From the NCBI GenBank assembly GCA_963805945.1, contig CAWDVP010000006.1, positions 192,001 through 256,000 of the forward strand: 64,000 bases of DNA, given 5' to 3'. The first letter of the stretch is position 1. Every line of letters begins with the position of its first letter. Under the pieces are notes generated by a model that did not search any database, had not been told where the DNA came from, and saw nothing but the letters and a program-made list of their open reading frames with translations. Origin of the DNA: Vulcanimicrobiota bacterium (GTDB taxonomy: Bacteria; Vulcanimicrobiota; Vulcanimicrobiia; Eremiobacterales; Eremiobacteraceae). Both the position numbers and the translations under genes were made by a program. Below are positions 9,974-19,289 of the stretch, piece after piece.

Positions 9974-10040
9974 TGTAGGGGCCGAGCTTCAGCTCGGCCC
10001 GCGGGAACGAAGGGTCGACCGAAAGGTCGACCCCTACATC
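9972..10040. repeat. REPIN-like inverted doublet of family A REPs between convergent genes; likely also a terminator
   Basis: GATGTAGGGGCCGAGCTTCAGCTCGGCCC ... GGGTCGACCGAAAGGTCGACCCCTACATC; 10-bp terminal inverted repeats. Confidence 0.85.
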
Positions 10041-10045
10041 GCCAT

Positions 10046-11422
10046 CTAGGGTGCCGCGAGGTAGCGCGCGAGCACGTTGCCGTCGCCGATAAGCTCCAGC
10101 GTGTTGCCCGAGATCTGGAACGACGTCACCTCGCCGAGCGCCTTGAGATACGCCGCTTCGATGTCCTTTCCCGGCTGGCACGCCATCATCGTCGAGGCAA
10201 GCGCGGAGAAGCGCAGCGATTCGCCGCTCAACGTGTATCCGCCGGTGAACCGGTTGCAGCTGCCGTCGCCGCTGGCACGCTTGCTTGAAGCGTCCAACTC
10301 AAGCGTCGGCTTCTTCGCAAGCTTCGAGGCGTCGACTGCCAGCCCGTTGAGCTCGATCAGATCCCACAGCGTGCCCTCGAGCGGCGCCGCGGCCTGGAAA
10401 CGCGCGACCGCTTTGCCCGCGCTCAACAGCTCGAGCGTGCCGCCGGTGATCCGGAACGAGGTGGTGGCGGCAAGCGCTTTGAGATAGGGCGCTTCGACGT
10501 TGTGCCCGGGCGGGCACGCCATCCGCGTCACCGCAGACTGGCCGAAATGCAGCGAGTCACCGCTGAGCGTGTAGTCGCCGGTCAGACGATTGCAGCTCGT
10601 GTCGCCGCTGGCCCGTTTGCTCGCGGCGTCGAGTTCGAGCGACGGCTTGCGCACGAGCAGCGACGCGTCGACGGGCGTGCCGTTGAGGTCCGACAGCTCC
10701 CACAGCGTGCCTTCGAGGCGCACCGGCGCGGGCGGCCTGCACGAACCTCCCTGCGTGACCTTGGCGAAGCGGTCCACCACGACGAACTCGCGCAAGCCGG
10801 CGCCGTCCGTGTTCGGCCGTTGCGCGAAATGCCCGTAGAACGTCGCGAAGAGCGGCGCACCAGGCGCGCTGCGCTGTTGCGCGTACGCCGATTCGAGCGC
10901 GCCGTTGTCTCCGAGCTGCGCGACCGGAAACCTCTCCATGGTGTTGCATTCCTGGAAGACTCCCGCGTCCGCCATGTATGTGTAGGTGCCGTGCAGCAGC
11001 ATCGTATCGCTGATCGGGTCAACGACGTCGGTGCGGTGGAGGTCGAAATTGCCTTTGAACTCTCTGCCGGCGACGTCGAGCTGCCGCAACGTCTTGGCGT
11101 CGACGATCGCGTACTGGCGCGGCGTTTCCGTAGCGCCGTGCAGGAGCAGCTTCTTGCCGTCGTCGCTGACGTTCCAACGGCCGAGATCGAAGAAGTTGCT
11201 TAGATCCGCGTGCATCGAGCCGACGTACGTCTGGCGCATGAGAAAGGTCTTGTCGGCCCGCAGCGTGAGGGTCGTGCGGATGCCGGAGCAATCGGCGCAC
11301 GGCGTCATGCCGTCGTAGGTGACGGGCAGCGCGCCGAGTGGCTCCTGATCCGCGCGCACGGCGGTTCCCGCGCACAGCAATACCGCCGCAGCGATCATCG
11401 ACAATGCCAGTCGCGTCTTCAC
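10046..11422 (-). CDS. Secreted protein with NlpE-like N- and C-terminal domains plus two META (HslJ) domains
   Basis: AGGAGG RBS and GTG at 11422, signal peptide, YDGMTPCADCSGIRTTLTL, YTYMADAGVFQEC, two SGDxSCNRxTG...MAC repeats. Confidence 0.85.
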   Translation of the reverse strand: MKTRLALSMIAAAVLLCAGTAVRADQEPLGALPVTYDGMTPCADCSGIRTTLTLRADKTFLMRQTYVGSMHADLSNFFDLGRWNVSDDGKKLLLHGATETPRQYAIVDAKTLRQLDVAGREFKGNFDLHRTDVVDPISDTMLLHGTYTYMADAGVFQECNTMERFPVAQLGDNGALESAYAQQRSAPGAPLFATFYGHFAQRPNTDGAGLREFVVVDRFAKVTQGGSCRPPAPVRLEGTLWELSDLNGTPVDASLLVRKPSLELDAASKRASGDTSCNRLTGDYTLSGDSLHFGQSAVTRMACPPGHNVEAPYLKALAATTSFRITGGTLELLSAGKAVARFQAAAPLEGTLWDLIELNGLAVDASKLAKKPTLELDASSKRASGDGSCNRFTGGYTLSGESLRFSALASTMMACQPGKDIEAAYLKALGEVTSFQISGNTLELIGDGNVLARYLAAP

Positions 11423-11498
11423 GATCCCCCTCCTGGAGAGCGCACCTCCGGCCGCCGCCGTCCGAGGGTCGCCGCGGCTGTGATTGGCGTTCGCGCGG

Positions 11499-12731
11499 CT
11501 ACGGCCTGCCGTCGCTGCCTCTCGTCCAGGCCGCGTGTGAATCGAGCTGCTGATCCTGCCAAGCAGGCCGGGGCCTGATCGGTCCGCCGCACGGCAAGAA
11601 GCGCGCGTTGGGATCCGCCGCGGCGACGACGTATGCGCCGACGTCTTCGCACGGGAAATCGACCGGCAGGTCGGTCGACGCCCATGACAGCGCGGCCGGG
11701 TACTGCGCGTCGACGCTGAAGACGAGCGTCCGTCCGAAATGCAGCGGCGTCGTGTTGAAGAACAGCGCCATGACGAGCGAACCCGCGAGCGCATAGCGCG
11801 CGACGACCGGCTTGCTCCCCGAGAGCAGCGCTAACGCTGCGAACACCGCCGTGACGAGCGGGATCGTGTGATAGTCCCCCGCGCGATAGAGCCTGTACTC
11901 GGTGATCTGAGGCAGACGCACCAAGAAGATCTCGGCCACCAACGGCAGGCCCAGCAGCACCGCCAGCCAGCGATAGCCCAACGCCGCGAATGCGGTCGGC
12001 ACGAGGATCTCCACCAGGAACGACAGCTGGTGGAACCAATCCGCCGGATCCGCGACGAGCGGCATGACCCATGGCTTCCAGCCGTGCGCGATGATGACGG
12101 CGTAGTAGACGAACAGGCTCACAAGCGACAATCCGACCAGGATCAGTCCGATGCGGCGATCGTACCACGCCGCCGTCGCCAGCCCGAACCAGATGAGGAA
12201 GAGCGCGATGTCTTCCTTGATGCCGAGCATGAGGCAGGTCAGTGCGATGACAGGGACCAGCGCCCGGTGCCGCGCGGCGATGATCAAACCGAACGCGAGC
12301 GGCGGCAGGAATTGCTCGGGCCGGAACTCGCCGTAGGCAAATCCCTGGATCGAGGGCGAGAGCAGATACGCCGCCGAGACCGCGGCGGCGATGGCAGGCT
12401 CGGCGCCGCTGTCGCGCGAGAGCGCGAAGAGCACGATCGCACCCGACGCCACGACCAACACCTGCACCACGATGAGCGCTTCCGCGCGCGGGAAGACGGC
12501 GACGACCGGCGCGACGGCGAGCACCAGCCACGAATCGTGATACGCGAGATGATTGCCGACGTCCACGCCGTTGTTGAGCGAGCCGCTGTGGACGAAGTTG
12601 GCGAGCATCTGCAGGTACATGCCGGTGTCCTGCGTCGCGCGCAGCGCGTGCAGCGCGTTGATGTCGAGCGGCACGTAGACGGCGAAGAAGACGATCGCGG
12701 CGCCGACGGCCACCAGCGTCCAGCGGCTCAT
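11499..12731 (-). CDS. DUF2079-like multi-TM membrane protein (putative GT-C-like glycosyltransferase)
   Basis: DTGMYLQ...HLAYHDS...EFRPE...IKED motifs shared with two paralogs in this window. Confidence 0.75.
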   Translation of the reverse strand: MSRWTLVAVGAAIVFFAVYVPLDINALHALRATQDTGMYLQMLANFVHSGSLNNGVDVGNHLAYHDSWLVLAVAPVVAVFPRAEALIVVQVLVVASGAIVLFALSRDSGAEPAIAAAVSAAYLLSPSIQGFAYGEFRPEQFLPPLAFGLIIAARHRALVPVIALTCLMLGIKEDIALFLIWFGLATAAWYDRRIGLILVGLSLVSLFVYYAVIIAHGWKPWVMPLVADPADWFHQLSFLVEILVPTAFAALGYRWLAVLLGLPLVAEIFLVRLPQITEYRLYRAGDYHTIPLVTAVFAALALLSGSKPVVARYALAGSLVMALFFNTTPLHFGRTLVFSVDAQYPAALSWASTDLPVDFPCEDVGAYVVAAADPNARFLPCGGPIRPRPAWQDQQLDSHAAWTRGSDGRP

Positions 12732-14137
12732 CTGAGCCTCGTGTATGCGTGCACGTGGCCGTAGGAGCAGACCTCATGCAAGCGCCCATCTCCGAGCGCG
12801 GCTTTCAGCGCGGGTTGGATCTCGCGCTGATAGGTCACGTCCGTGCTGTCATCGGCATAGACGAGATAGTCGACTCCATCGGTGCGCTGCATCGTGGCGC
12901 GCGGATTCGCGGCGACCTGCGCGAGCCAGTCCTCGTGCGTCGACAGGCTGGCGCCCGGCGGCACGCACGCCATGGTCTGCCGAGCGGCGGGCACGTCCGC
13001 GTAGCCTTGCTTCAAGATGAAGACCGGATGCATCGGGTTCGCCGCCAGCGTGAAGACCGCGCAAGCCGCGAGCGCGAGGTTCGCCCACAGGCGCGATGCG
13101 GCCTCGCCGCGCGCGCCGAGGATGTGCACGAGCGCGGCCGCGGCGGCGATGACCATCCATGGCGCCCACAGCAGCTCGTAGTGCGCGCCCATCGTCCAGA
13201 TCTTCTGATCGCTCGCGAGCAGGACGGAGGCAAGGCCCGGGATCGCCGCAAGCCCCCAGCGTGTCATGGTCGGCAGGAATACCAGCGGCGCCAACGCTTC
13301 GAGCAGATACGTGAGCCGGCCGGTCGTCAGCACGCCGCGCGCGAACTCCAACGGGTGCAGGAAGATAGCGCCGGCGACCGCCGCCGGGCCGGCGCCGAAG
13401 CTGTACTCATAGTACGCCCCGGGTGACCACGCGCCGTACAAGCGGTGCACCGAGTAGAAGTACGCGACGGTGACGGCCAGGGCTGCGACAGAGAACAGCG
13501 CTGCGGCGCGCGCGAGCCGCACCGGCTCTTGCGGCTGATCATCGAGCAGCCCTTTTGTACCGGGCGCGCGGCGACATGCCCATAGCGCCGCTGCCGCGGC
13601 GATGACCAGGAACTGGATGGTCACGTCTTCGCGCACGCACAACGCGAGCGCTCCCAGCAGCGCGAACGCCCACCAACGCCGCCGATCCGCCGCCCACACG
13701 ACGCCGCTGGCGAGGATCGGGAAGAACGCGACCTCGTGGAAGTTATCGACGGCGCCCGAGGCGAGCGGCGGATACAGCAATGCGATCAGCCCGATGCGGG
13801 CCGCTATCCCGTCGCTCACATATGGCCGGACGAGTGCGAAGACGACGAGCGCGTTGGCGGCCACGAGGACGACTTGCGCGTATTGGAGCGCGAGGCCCGA
13901 CCGCGCCACCGCCAGCAGCGGATACAGCAGCGCGAGGATCGGCGAGAAATGGACGACGAAGTGCGGCGGCCCCTCGGCGAATGATCGGAAGCCCGAAAAC
14001 GCGCTGAGCACGACCTGCGTGAAGATGGCGGTGTCGGCGCCGATCGCCCAGTGCTCCCAGCGGATGGTCACGATCGCGCCGCAGAGCAGCGCGTACGCGC
14101 CCACGGCGATCCACACGACGCGCGCGCCCCACGTCAT
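12728..14137 (-). CDS. DUF2079-like multi-TM membrane protein
   Basis: GADTAIFTQ...HFVVHFSPI...NFHEVAF...VRED...MGAHY; probable ATG at 14137. Confidence 0.8.
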   Translation of the reverse strand: MTWGARVVWIAVGAYALLCGAIVTIRWEHWAIGADTAIFTQVVLSAFSGFRSFAEGPPHFVVHFSPILALLYPLLAVARSGLALQYAQVVLVAANALVVFALVRPYVSDGIAARIGLIALLYPPLASGAVDNFHEVAFFPILASGVVWAADRRRWWAFALLGALALCVREDVTIQFLVIAAAAALWACRRAPGTKGLLDDQPQEPVRLARAAALFSVAALAVTVAYFYSVHRLYGAWSPGAYYEYSFGAGPAAVAGAIFLHPLEFARGVLTTGRLTYLLEALAPLVFLPTMTRWGLAAIPGLASVLLASDQKIWTMGAHYELLWAPWMVIAAAAALVHILGARGEAASRLWANLALAACAVFTLAANPMHPVFILKQGYADVPAARQTMACVPPGASLSTHEDWLAQVAANPRATMQRTDGVDYLVYADDSTDVTYQREIQPALKAALGDGRLHEVCSYGHVHAYTRLR

Positions 14138-14187
14138 ACCTGGCACGAGGCGGCATTGCGCGCCGCGGTGACGAAGTCCCGCGTGCG

Positions 14188-14886
14188 ATGGACATCGTGA
14201 TCGTCGGAGGGCCGCACTCGGGAGTCGGCAAGACGCTCGCAAGCGAGACCGCGCTGCGCGCGCTCGCCGGGCTCGGCTATGGCGCGATCAAACTCACCGT
14301 CGCCGACGGCGAACGCGACCCCGAGCACGACCACGGCTCGTCCGCGCTCACGGTCGCGCACGCGGCTGGGATCTGCGGCCGCGGCGCCTCGTGCGGCGTG
14401 TGCGAAACGGTCTCGACGGGCGTGCCCAGCCGGCTCATCGTCAATGAAGGCGCGATCCGCAAAGAGCCCACCGATACGTGGCGCCTTTCGAACGCCGGCG
14501 CCGTCTCGGTCGCGTGGGTGATCGCGCTACGTTCCGGCGCGCCGAGCGCCATCGTCGAAGCGCTTGCCTACCTGCATCGCAAAGGAGCGCGCGGCGCGGT
14601 CATCGAGGGCACGACGGCGCTCGATTTCATGGAGCCCGTCGCATCGGTCATGGTGGCGACCGACCCGGGTCGCGCATGGAAAGACGTCGCGCGCCGTCAC
14701 GTCGCGCGCTGCGACATCGTGTTGCGCAACGTGCTGCCGTCCGCGCCAGGCGATTTGCCGGCCCCTCCGGAATTCGAAGCAGCGAATCCCACGCGCTGCG
14801 ATCTCAGCGATCCTGCCGACGCGGGCACGCGCAATTACGTCGAGCGGCTGCGCGCGCTGGCCGCATACGCGAAAAGCCGGCCCTGA
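14188..14886 (+). CDS. P-loop NTPase-like (MobB-like) protein with a His/Cys-rich insert
   Basis: GGPHSGVGKT Walker A, AIKLT, HDH...CGRGASCGVC, DTWRLSNAGA, VIEG. Confidence 0.65.
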   Translation: MDIVIVGGPHSGVGKTLASETALRALAGLGYGAIKLTVADGERDPEHDHGSSALTVAHAAGICGRGASCGVCETVSTGVPSRLIVNEGAIRKEPTDTWRLSNAGAVSVAWVIALRSGAPSAIVEALAYLHRKGARGAVIEGTTALDFMEPVASVMVATDPGRAWKDVARRHVARCDIVLRNVLPSAPGDLPAPPEFEAANPTRCDLSDPADAGTRNYVERLRALAAYAKSRP

Positions 14887-14900
14887 GGCCGGCTCTCTAC
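14875..14900 (-). repeat. GTAG-led palindrome carrying the stop codon of ORF 14188-14886
   Basis: Minus strand GTAGAGAGCCGGCCTCAGGGCCGGCT; the plus-strand loop contains the TGA. Confidence 0.6.
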
Positions 14901-14917
14901 GCACGTGGTCTGGGTTG

Positions 14918-15235
14918 TTACGTCCGCGGGCGTCCCCGCCCGTGGCGGGTGATGACCTCCGGGCGCGGCGGCGGCTCCTGGCCGGTGGCCTTGCACATCT
15001 CGTCCACGAAATAGTTCGCCGCCGACTCCGTCGAGCGCGCGTTGGCGGGATCGTATTGGCGGCGGATCGGGTCGTTGTCGGTATTGAGCTGGACGTCCCA
15101 GAGCTGGTTGGACCACGCCGCCGCGACGACGCGGTTCTTGTAGCTCGCGCTCTTGCCGTCCGAGCGCATTTTGGTCTCGCGCAGCTGCGACTTGATGTTC
15201 TGGAAGAAACTCTTGATATATTCGTCCGGTTCCAC
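14918..15235 (-). CDS. Hypothetical protein ending in an AT-hook-like GRGRPR
   Basis: 105-aa ORF, GAGG upstream of GTG, protein-like composition. Confidence 0.7.
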   Translation of the reverse strand: MEPDEYIKSFFQNIKSQLRETKMRSDGKSASYKNRVVAAAWSNQLWDVQLNTDNDPIRRQYDPANARSTESAANYFVDEMCKATGQEPPPRPEVITRHGRGRPRT

Positions 15236-15295
15236 GCCTCACGTCCTCTTCTTGTCGGGGTCCTATTGCTTCGCCATATGGAATCCGGATTCCGT

Positions 15296-15877
15296 CTATG
15301 GATTCAGCGGCGGCCGCTCGGGTAAGGGCATGCGCCGTAGGCCGCCGGGGTAGGTCGTCGGATGCTCGCGCAGCCAGTCGTCCGACAGCACGGCGAGGTA
15401 CTCGAAATTCTCCCAAATCGCGGCTTGCCCGGTGGCCAGGCGCGCGTCGACGAGCGCCCTCGAGACAAGCTTCCAATTGTTCGCGATGACCCAACTATAC
15501 CTGTCCAAGAACAGGTCGGCGTCCACGATGCCTTGCTTGACGAGGATGCCCAACTCCTCATAGGAATTGCAGACCATGCTCACCGCACGACGTATCTCTT
15601 CGTATTCCGGGATCGGCGCAGGCGTTTCCCCGCGGTCTAACGCGGCATTGTATGTGCGGAACTTTGGATCGTCGCTCATCCCCGGCAGTTGGTGGCGGAC
15701 GATCGCCTGGGCATCCGTGAACTGTTTGCTGCCGAGCTCCTCACCGATGGCGAGCATCGCGTTGATCTGATTCCCCGCCCGCAAGTGCCGCAGCTGCACC
15801 ATGGCCGCGATCGCGGTCGCGGCGATGATGCAGACGGTGAGCAGCGACGCGAAGGCGTTGAGCATCTCCAGCGACAT
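15296..15877 (-). CDS. Hypothetical protein with N-terminal TM helix (DUF4760-like)
   Basis: GGAGG 5 nt before ATG 15877; NSYEELGILVKQGIVD...WENFEYLA. Confidence 0.7.
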   Translation of the reverse strand: MSLEMLNAFASLLTVCIIAATAIAAMVQLRHLRAGNQINAMLAIGEELGSKQFTDAQAIVRHQLPGMSDDPKFRTYNAALDRGETPAPIPEYEEIRRAVSMVCNSYEELGILVKQGIVDADLFLDRYSWVIANNWKLVSRALVDARLATGQAAIWENFEYLAVLSDDWLREHPTTYPGGLRRMPLPERPPLNP

Positions 15878-15953
15878 GGCCACCTCCGTATATGTGAATG
15901 CGGAGCGTGGTATCGCTCCGCATCTTTTGTCGTCCGACCGGCTCAGCCGCGGA

Positions 15954-16310
15954 TCAGGTGGTGAGCAGCTCCAGCTGCGCCATCTCCGCCGCGTCGCCCT
16001 TGCGGATGCGCGTCCGGATGATGCGCGTGTAGCCGCCGTGCCGGCCCGCCAAGCTCGGCGCGATCTGATCGACCAGCTTCTTGGCGACCGCCTCGTCGGT
16101 GACGTAGGCGGACACCGCCCGGCGGCTCGCCAGGTCGGCCTTCTTGGCGCGCGTGATGAGCCGCGATGCGACCTTCGAGGTCTCCTTGGCGCGCACGACG
16201 GTAGTCTCGATCTTGCCGTGCGTGAAGAGCGAGGTGACCAGGTTGCGCAGCATGGCGCGGCGATGGTCGTCGTTGCGGCCGAGCCGCTTGTCCGCTTTCT
16301 TGTGACGCAT
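15954..16310 (-). CDS. rplQ: 50S ribosomal protein L17
   Basis: MRHKK...LGR...HRRAMLRNLVTSL, GGYTRI. Confidence 0.99.
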   Translation of the reverse strand: MRHKKADKRLGRNDDHRRAMLRNLVTSLFTHGKIETTVVRAKETSKVASRLITRAKKADLASRRAVSAYVTDEAVAKKLVDQIAPSLAGRHGGYTRIIRTRIRKGDAAEMAQLELLTT

Positions 16311-16321
16311 GGTGCTCCCCG

Positions 16322-17257
16322 TCAGCTCGCCTTGAGCGACAGATTGCGCTCGGTCAGCTTCTCTTTGATCTCGTCCACCGACTTCTTGCCGAGATTGCGC
16401 ATGTTCATGATCTCGTCTTCGGTCTTCTGGAGGAGTTCGGAGATGCGGCTGATGCCCGCGCGCTTGAGACAGTTATACGAACGCACCGACAGGTCGAGCT
16501 CGTCGACCGGGATATCCCAATCGGCGAACGGCGCGGCCTCTTCGACCGTCGTCTCGACTTCCGGCCGGCCGCTGAAGCCCACGAACAGCGCGAGCTGATC
16601 GGAGAGCACGCGCGCCGCGGTGGCGAGCGCCTCGTCCGGCGTGATGCTGCCGTTCGTCTCGACCTCCATGATGAGGCGGTCGTAGTCGGTCACCTGGCCG
16701 ACGCGGGTGTCCTCGATCGAGTAGTTCACCTTGCGGATGGGCGTGAAGATCGAGTCCACCGGGATGAGCCCGATGACGTGCTCGACGTTGCGCTGCTTGT
16801 CCGCGGTGACGTAGCCGCGCCACTTCTCGACGCCGATCTCCATGAAGAGCCGCGCCTTCTTGTCCGAGAGCGTCGCGATGTGGTACGACGGGTCGAGCAG
16901 TTCGATGTCGGCATCCGGCACGATGTCGGCCGCCGTCACTTCACGCTCGCCCGAGGCCTCGATGCGCAGCACCTTCGGCTCGTCGGTCAGCATCTTCAAG
17001 GGCAGGCCCTTGAGGTTGAGGATGATGTGCGTCGTGTCCTCGACCACGCCTGGGATGGTGGAGAACTCGTGCAGCACGCCGTCGATCTTGACGTACGTGA
17101 CCGCCGCGCCCGGCAGCGACGACAGCAGCAGGCGACGGATCGCGTTGCCCAGCGTGATGCCGAAGCCGCGCTCGAGCGGCTCGATGATGAATTTGGCGTA
17201 CGAGTCGCCGCGCTCGCGGACCTCGATGGACGCCTTTTGGAATTCCAGAACTGACAT
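16322..17257 (-). CDS. rpoA: RNA polymerase alpha subunit
   Basis: [40 protein letters not shown]. Confidence 0.99.
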   Translation of the reverse strand: MSVLEFQKASIEVRERGDSYAKFIIEPLERGFGITLGNAIRRLLLSSLPGAAVTYVKIDGVLHEFSTIPGVVEDTTHIILNLKGLPLKMLTDEPKVLRIEASGEREVTAADIVPDADIELLDPSYHIATLSDKKARLFMEIGVEKWRGYVTADKQRNVEHVIGLIPVDSIFTPIRKVNYSIEDTRVGQVTDYDRLIMEVETNGSITPDEALATAARVLSDQLALFVGFSGRPEVETTVEEAAPFADWDIPVDELDLSVRSYNCLKRAGISRISELLQKTEDEIMNMRNLGKKSVDEIKEKLTERNLSLKAS

Positions 17258-17302
17258 ATCTTCGTGTTTCCCCTCCGGTCGAAGGACCGGTCCTTTATGA
17301 TG

Positions 17303-17962
17303 TTATCGCGAGTAGTATTCGACGATGAGCTGCTCTTCGACGTTCGTGTCGATGTCCGCACGCGTCGGGCGCTGCAGCACCTTCGCCTTCATGTTGGTTT
17401 CGTCGTACTCGAGCCAGGTCGGCACGCGCCGGCCCTTGGCGTATTGCTCGAGCCCTTGGAACAGCGTCGACTTGCGGCTCGCCTCGACCACGCCGATCTC
17501 GTCGCCCGGCCGGACCTGCATGGACGGGATGTTCACCCGCCGGCCGTTGAGCGTGAAGTGGCGATGGCGCACGAGTTGGCGCGCCTGCGCGCGCGACGTC
17601 GCGATGTTGAGCCGGTAGACGACGTTGTCCAGTCTCGTCTCGAGCTGCGTCAGCAGCGCGGCGCCGGTCTGGCCTTTGCTCGCGCTCGCCTTCTTGAAGT
17701 AGCCCTCGAACTGCCGCTCGAGCACGCCGTAGATGCGCCGCATCTTCTGCTTCTCGCGCAGCTGACGGCCGAACTCCGACACTTTGGGGCGGTTCTTCGT
17801 CTGCGCCTTCTGCCCGGGCGCCGCGGTGCGGCGCTCGACGGCGCATTTCTTGCTGAGGCAACGCTCGCCTTTGAGGAAGAGCTTCACCTTTTCGCCCGGC
17901 TTCGTGCCGCTGGCGCTTTCGCGCCGGCAGAGACGGCAGACGGGTCCGGTATGACGAGCCAT
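17303..17962 (-). CDS. rpsD: 30S ribosomal protein S4 (Cys-containing form)
   Basis: [35 protein letters not shown]. Confidence 0.99.
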   Translation of the reverse strand: MARHTGPVCRLCRRESASGTKPGEKVKLFLKGERCLSKKCAVERRTAAPGQKAQTKNRPKVSEFGRQLREKQKMRRIYGVLERQFEGYFKKASASKGQTGAALLTQLETRLDNVVYRLNIATSRAQARQLVRHRHFTLNGRRVNIPSMQVRPGDEIGVVEASRKSTLFQGLEQYAKGRRVPTWLEYDETNMKAKVLQRPTRADIDTNVEEQLIVEYYSR

Positions 17963-18001
17963 ATTACTTCTTCATTCCTTCACGTTTTCCTTAGGGTATC
18001 G

Positions 18002-18403
18002 CTAGACGCGACGCCGCTTGGGCGGGCGGCAGCCGTTGTGGGGGATCGGGGTGACGTCTTTGATGAGCACGACCTCGAGGCCGGCCGCCTGCAGCGCCCG
18101 GATGGCGGCCTCGCGGCCGGCGCCCGGACCCTTGACGTGGACCTCGACCTGCTTCATGCCGTGCTCCATCGACTTGCGCGCGGCGCTCTCGGCCGCGAGC
18201 TGCGCCGCGAACGGCGTCGACTTCTTGCTGCCGGCGAAGCCCATGCCGCCGGCGCTCGCCCACGCGAGGGCGGCGCCCTGCATGTCGGTGATGGTCACGA
18301 GCGTGTTGTTGAAGCTCGCGTGGATGCGCGCGATCCCCTGGGAGACGTGTTTCGTCTCCTTCTTCTTGGTGCGACGCGCTCGTTTCGGTTTCGGTTCTGC
18401 CAT
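18002..18403 (-). CDS. rpsK: 30S ribosomal protein S11
   Basis: [33 protein letters not shown]. Confidence 0.99.
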   Translation of the reverse strand: MAEPKPKRARRTKKKETKHVSQGIARIHASFNNTLVTITDMQGAALAWASAGGMGFAGSKKSTPFAAQLAAESAARKSMEHGMKQVEVHVKGPGAGREAAIRALQAAGLEVVLIKDVTPIPHNGCRPPKRRRV

Positions 18404-18429
18404 TGTGTTCCTTTACGTTCCGTGGTGGT

Positions 18430-18471
18430 GGGCCGATCTGAAGATCGGCCCCTACAAGGTCGGCCCCTACA
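18430..18471 (-). repeat. Family A REP plus a partial duplicate between rpsM and rpsK
   Basis: GGGCCGATCTGAAGATCGGCCCCTAC then AGGTCGGCCCCTACA. Confidence 0.85.
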
Positions 18472-18864
18472 TTACTTGCCGATCCCTGGACCCTTGCTCT
18501 TCTTCTTGCCGGCGACGGTCTTGCGCGGACCCTTGCGGCTGCGCGCGTTCGTCCGCGTGCGCTGTCCGCGCACCGGCAGACCGCGGCGATGCCGCACGCC
18601 GCGATAGCTGCCGATGTCCACCAGCCGCTTGATCGCGCCCGAGATCTCCCGCCGCAGGTCGCCCTCGACCTTGAGGTTCTTCTCGATCTGCTCGCGCAGC
18701 CGTTGGATATCGTCGTCGGTCAGGTTCTTGACCCGCGTGTCCGGATTCACCCGCGTCTGCGCGAGCAGCTTCACGGCGGTCGGCCGGCCGATCCCATAGA
18801 TATACGTCAGCGCGATCTCGATGCGCTTCTCACGCGGCAGGTCGATGCCAGCGATTCGTGCCAT
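18472..18864 (-). CDS. rpsM: 30S ribosomal protein S13
   Basis: [24 protein letters not shown]. Confidence 0.99.
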   Translation of the reverse strand: MARIAGIDLPREKRIEIALTYIYGIGRPTAVKLLAQTRVNPDTRVKNLTDDDIQRLREQIEKNLKVEGDLRREISGAIKRLVDIGSYRGVRHRRGLPVRGQRTRTNARSRKGPRKTVAGKKKSKGPGIGK

Positions 18865-18874
18865 GCTTAACTCC

Positions 18875-18988
18875 TCACCCCTGCGCCTGTTTGTGCTTGG
18901 GGTTCTCGCAGATCACCCGGATGCGGCCGCCCCGCTTGATGATCTTGCATTTGTCGCAAATCTTCTTGACGCTCGGTCTGACTTTCAT
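18875..18988 (-). CDS. rpmJ: 50S ribosomal protein L36 (Zn-binding form); not in the ORF track
   Basis: Manual translation [37 protein letters not shown]. Confidence 0.97.
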   Translation of the reverse strand: MKVRPSVKKICDKCKIIKRGGRIRVICENPKHKQAQG

Positions 18989-18995
18989 TCGTCCC

Positions 18996-19289
18996 TCATT
19001 TGTAACGGTATGTGATCCGGCCTTGGCTCAGATCGTAGGGTGACAGCTCCACCAGCACCCGGTCGCCCGGCAGGATCCGGATGAAGTTCATCCTGATCTT
19101 GCCCGACACGCGCGCGAGCACTTTGTGGCCATTGCTCAGCTCCACGCGGAAGAACGCGTTCGGCAGCGGCTCCACCACGACGCCTTCGACTTCGATCGCC
19201 TCTTCTTTCGGCGATGGGTTCTTCTCCGGCTTCGGGGGCTTCTTCTTAGCCGAATGCCGCTGCATTCCGCCGCGTCTGCGTCGCGCCAA
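18996..19289 (-). CDS. infA: Translation initiation factor IF-1 with basic N-terminal extension
   Basis: [18 protein letters not shown]...[17 protein letters not shown]...[13 protein letters not shown] 5 nt before TTG 19289. Confidence 0.97.
   Translation of the reverse strand: MARRRRGGMQRHSAKKKPPKPEKNPSPKEEAIEVEGVVVEPLPNAFFRVELSNGHKVLARVSGKIRMNFIRILPGDRVLVELSPYDLSQGRITYRYK

Noticed and set aside
9972..10040. Palindromic repeats as a CRISPR array
   Set aside because: Copies are dispersed or inverted, with no regular repeat-spacer pattern and no cas genes
17275..17290. CCGGTC-GAAG-GACCGG hairpin between rpsD and rpoA as another REP
   Set aside because: Short stem and no clear G(T/G)AG end; cannot be assigned to a family
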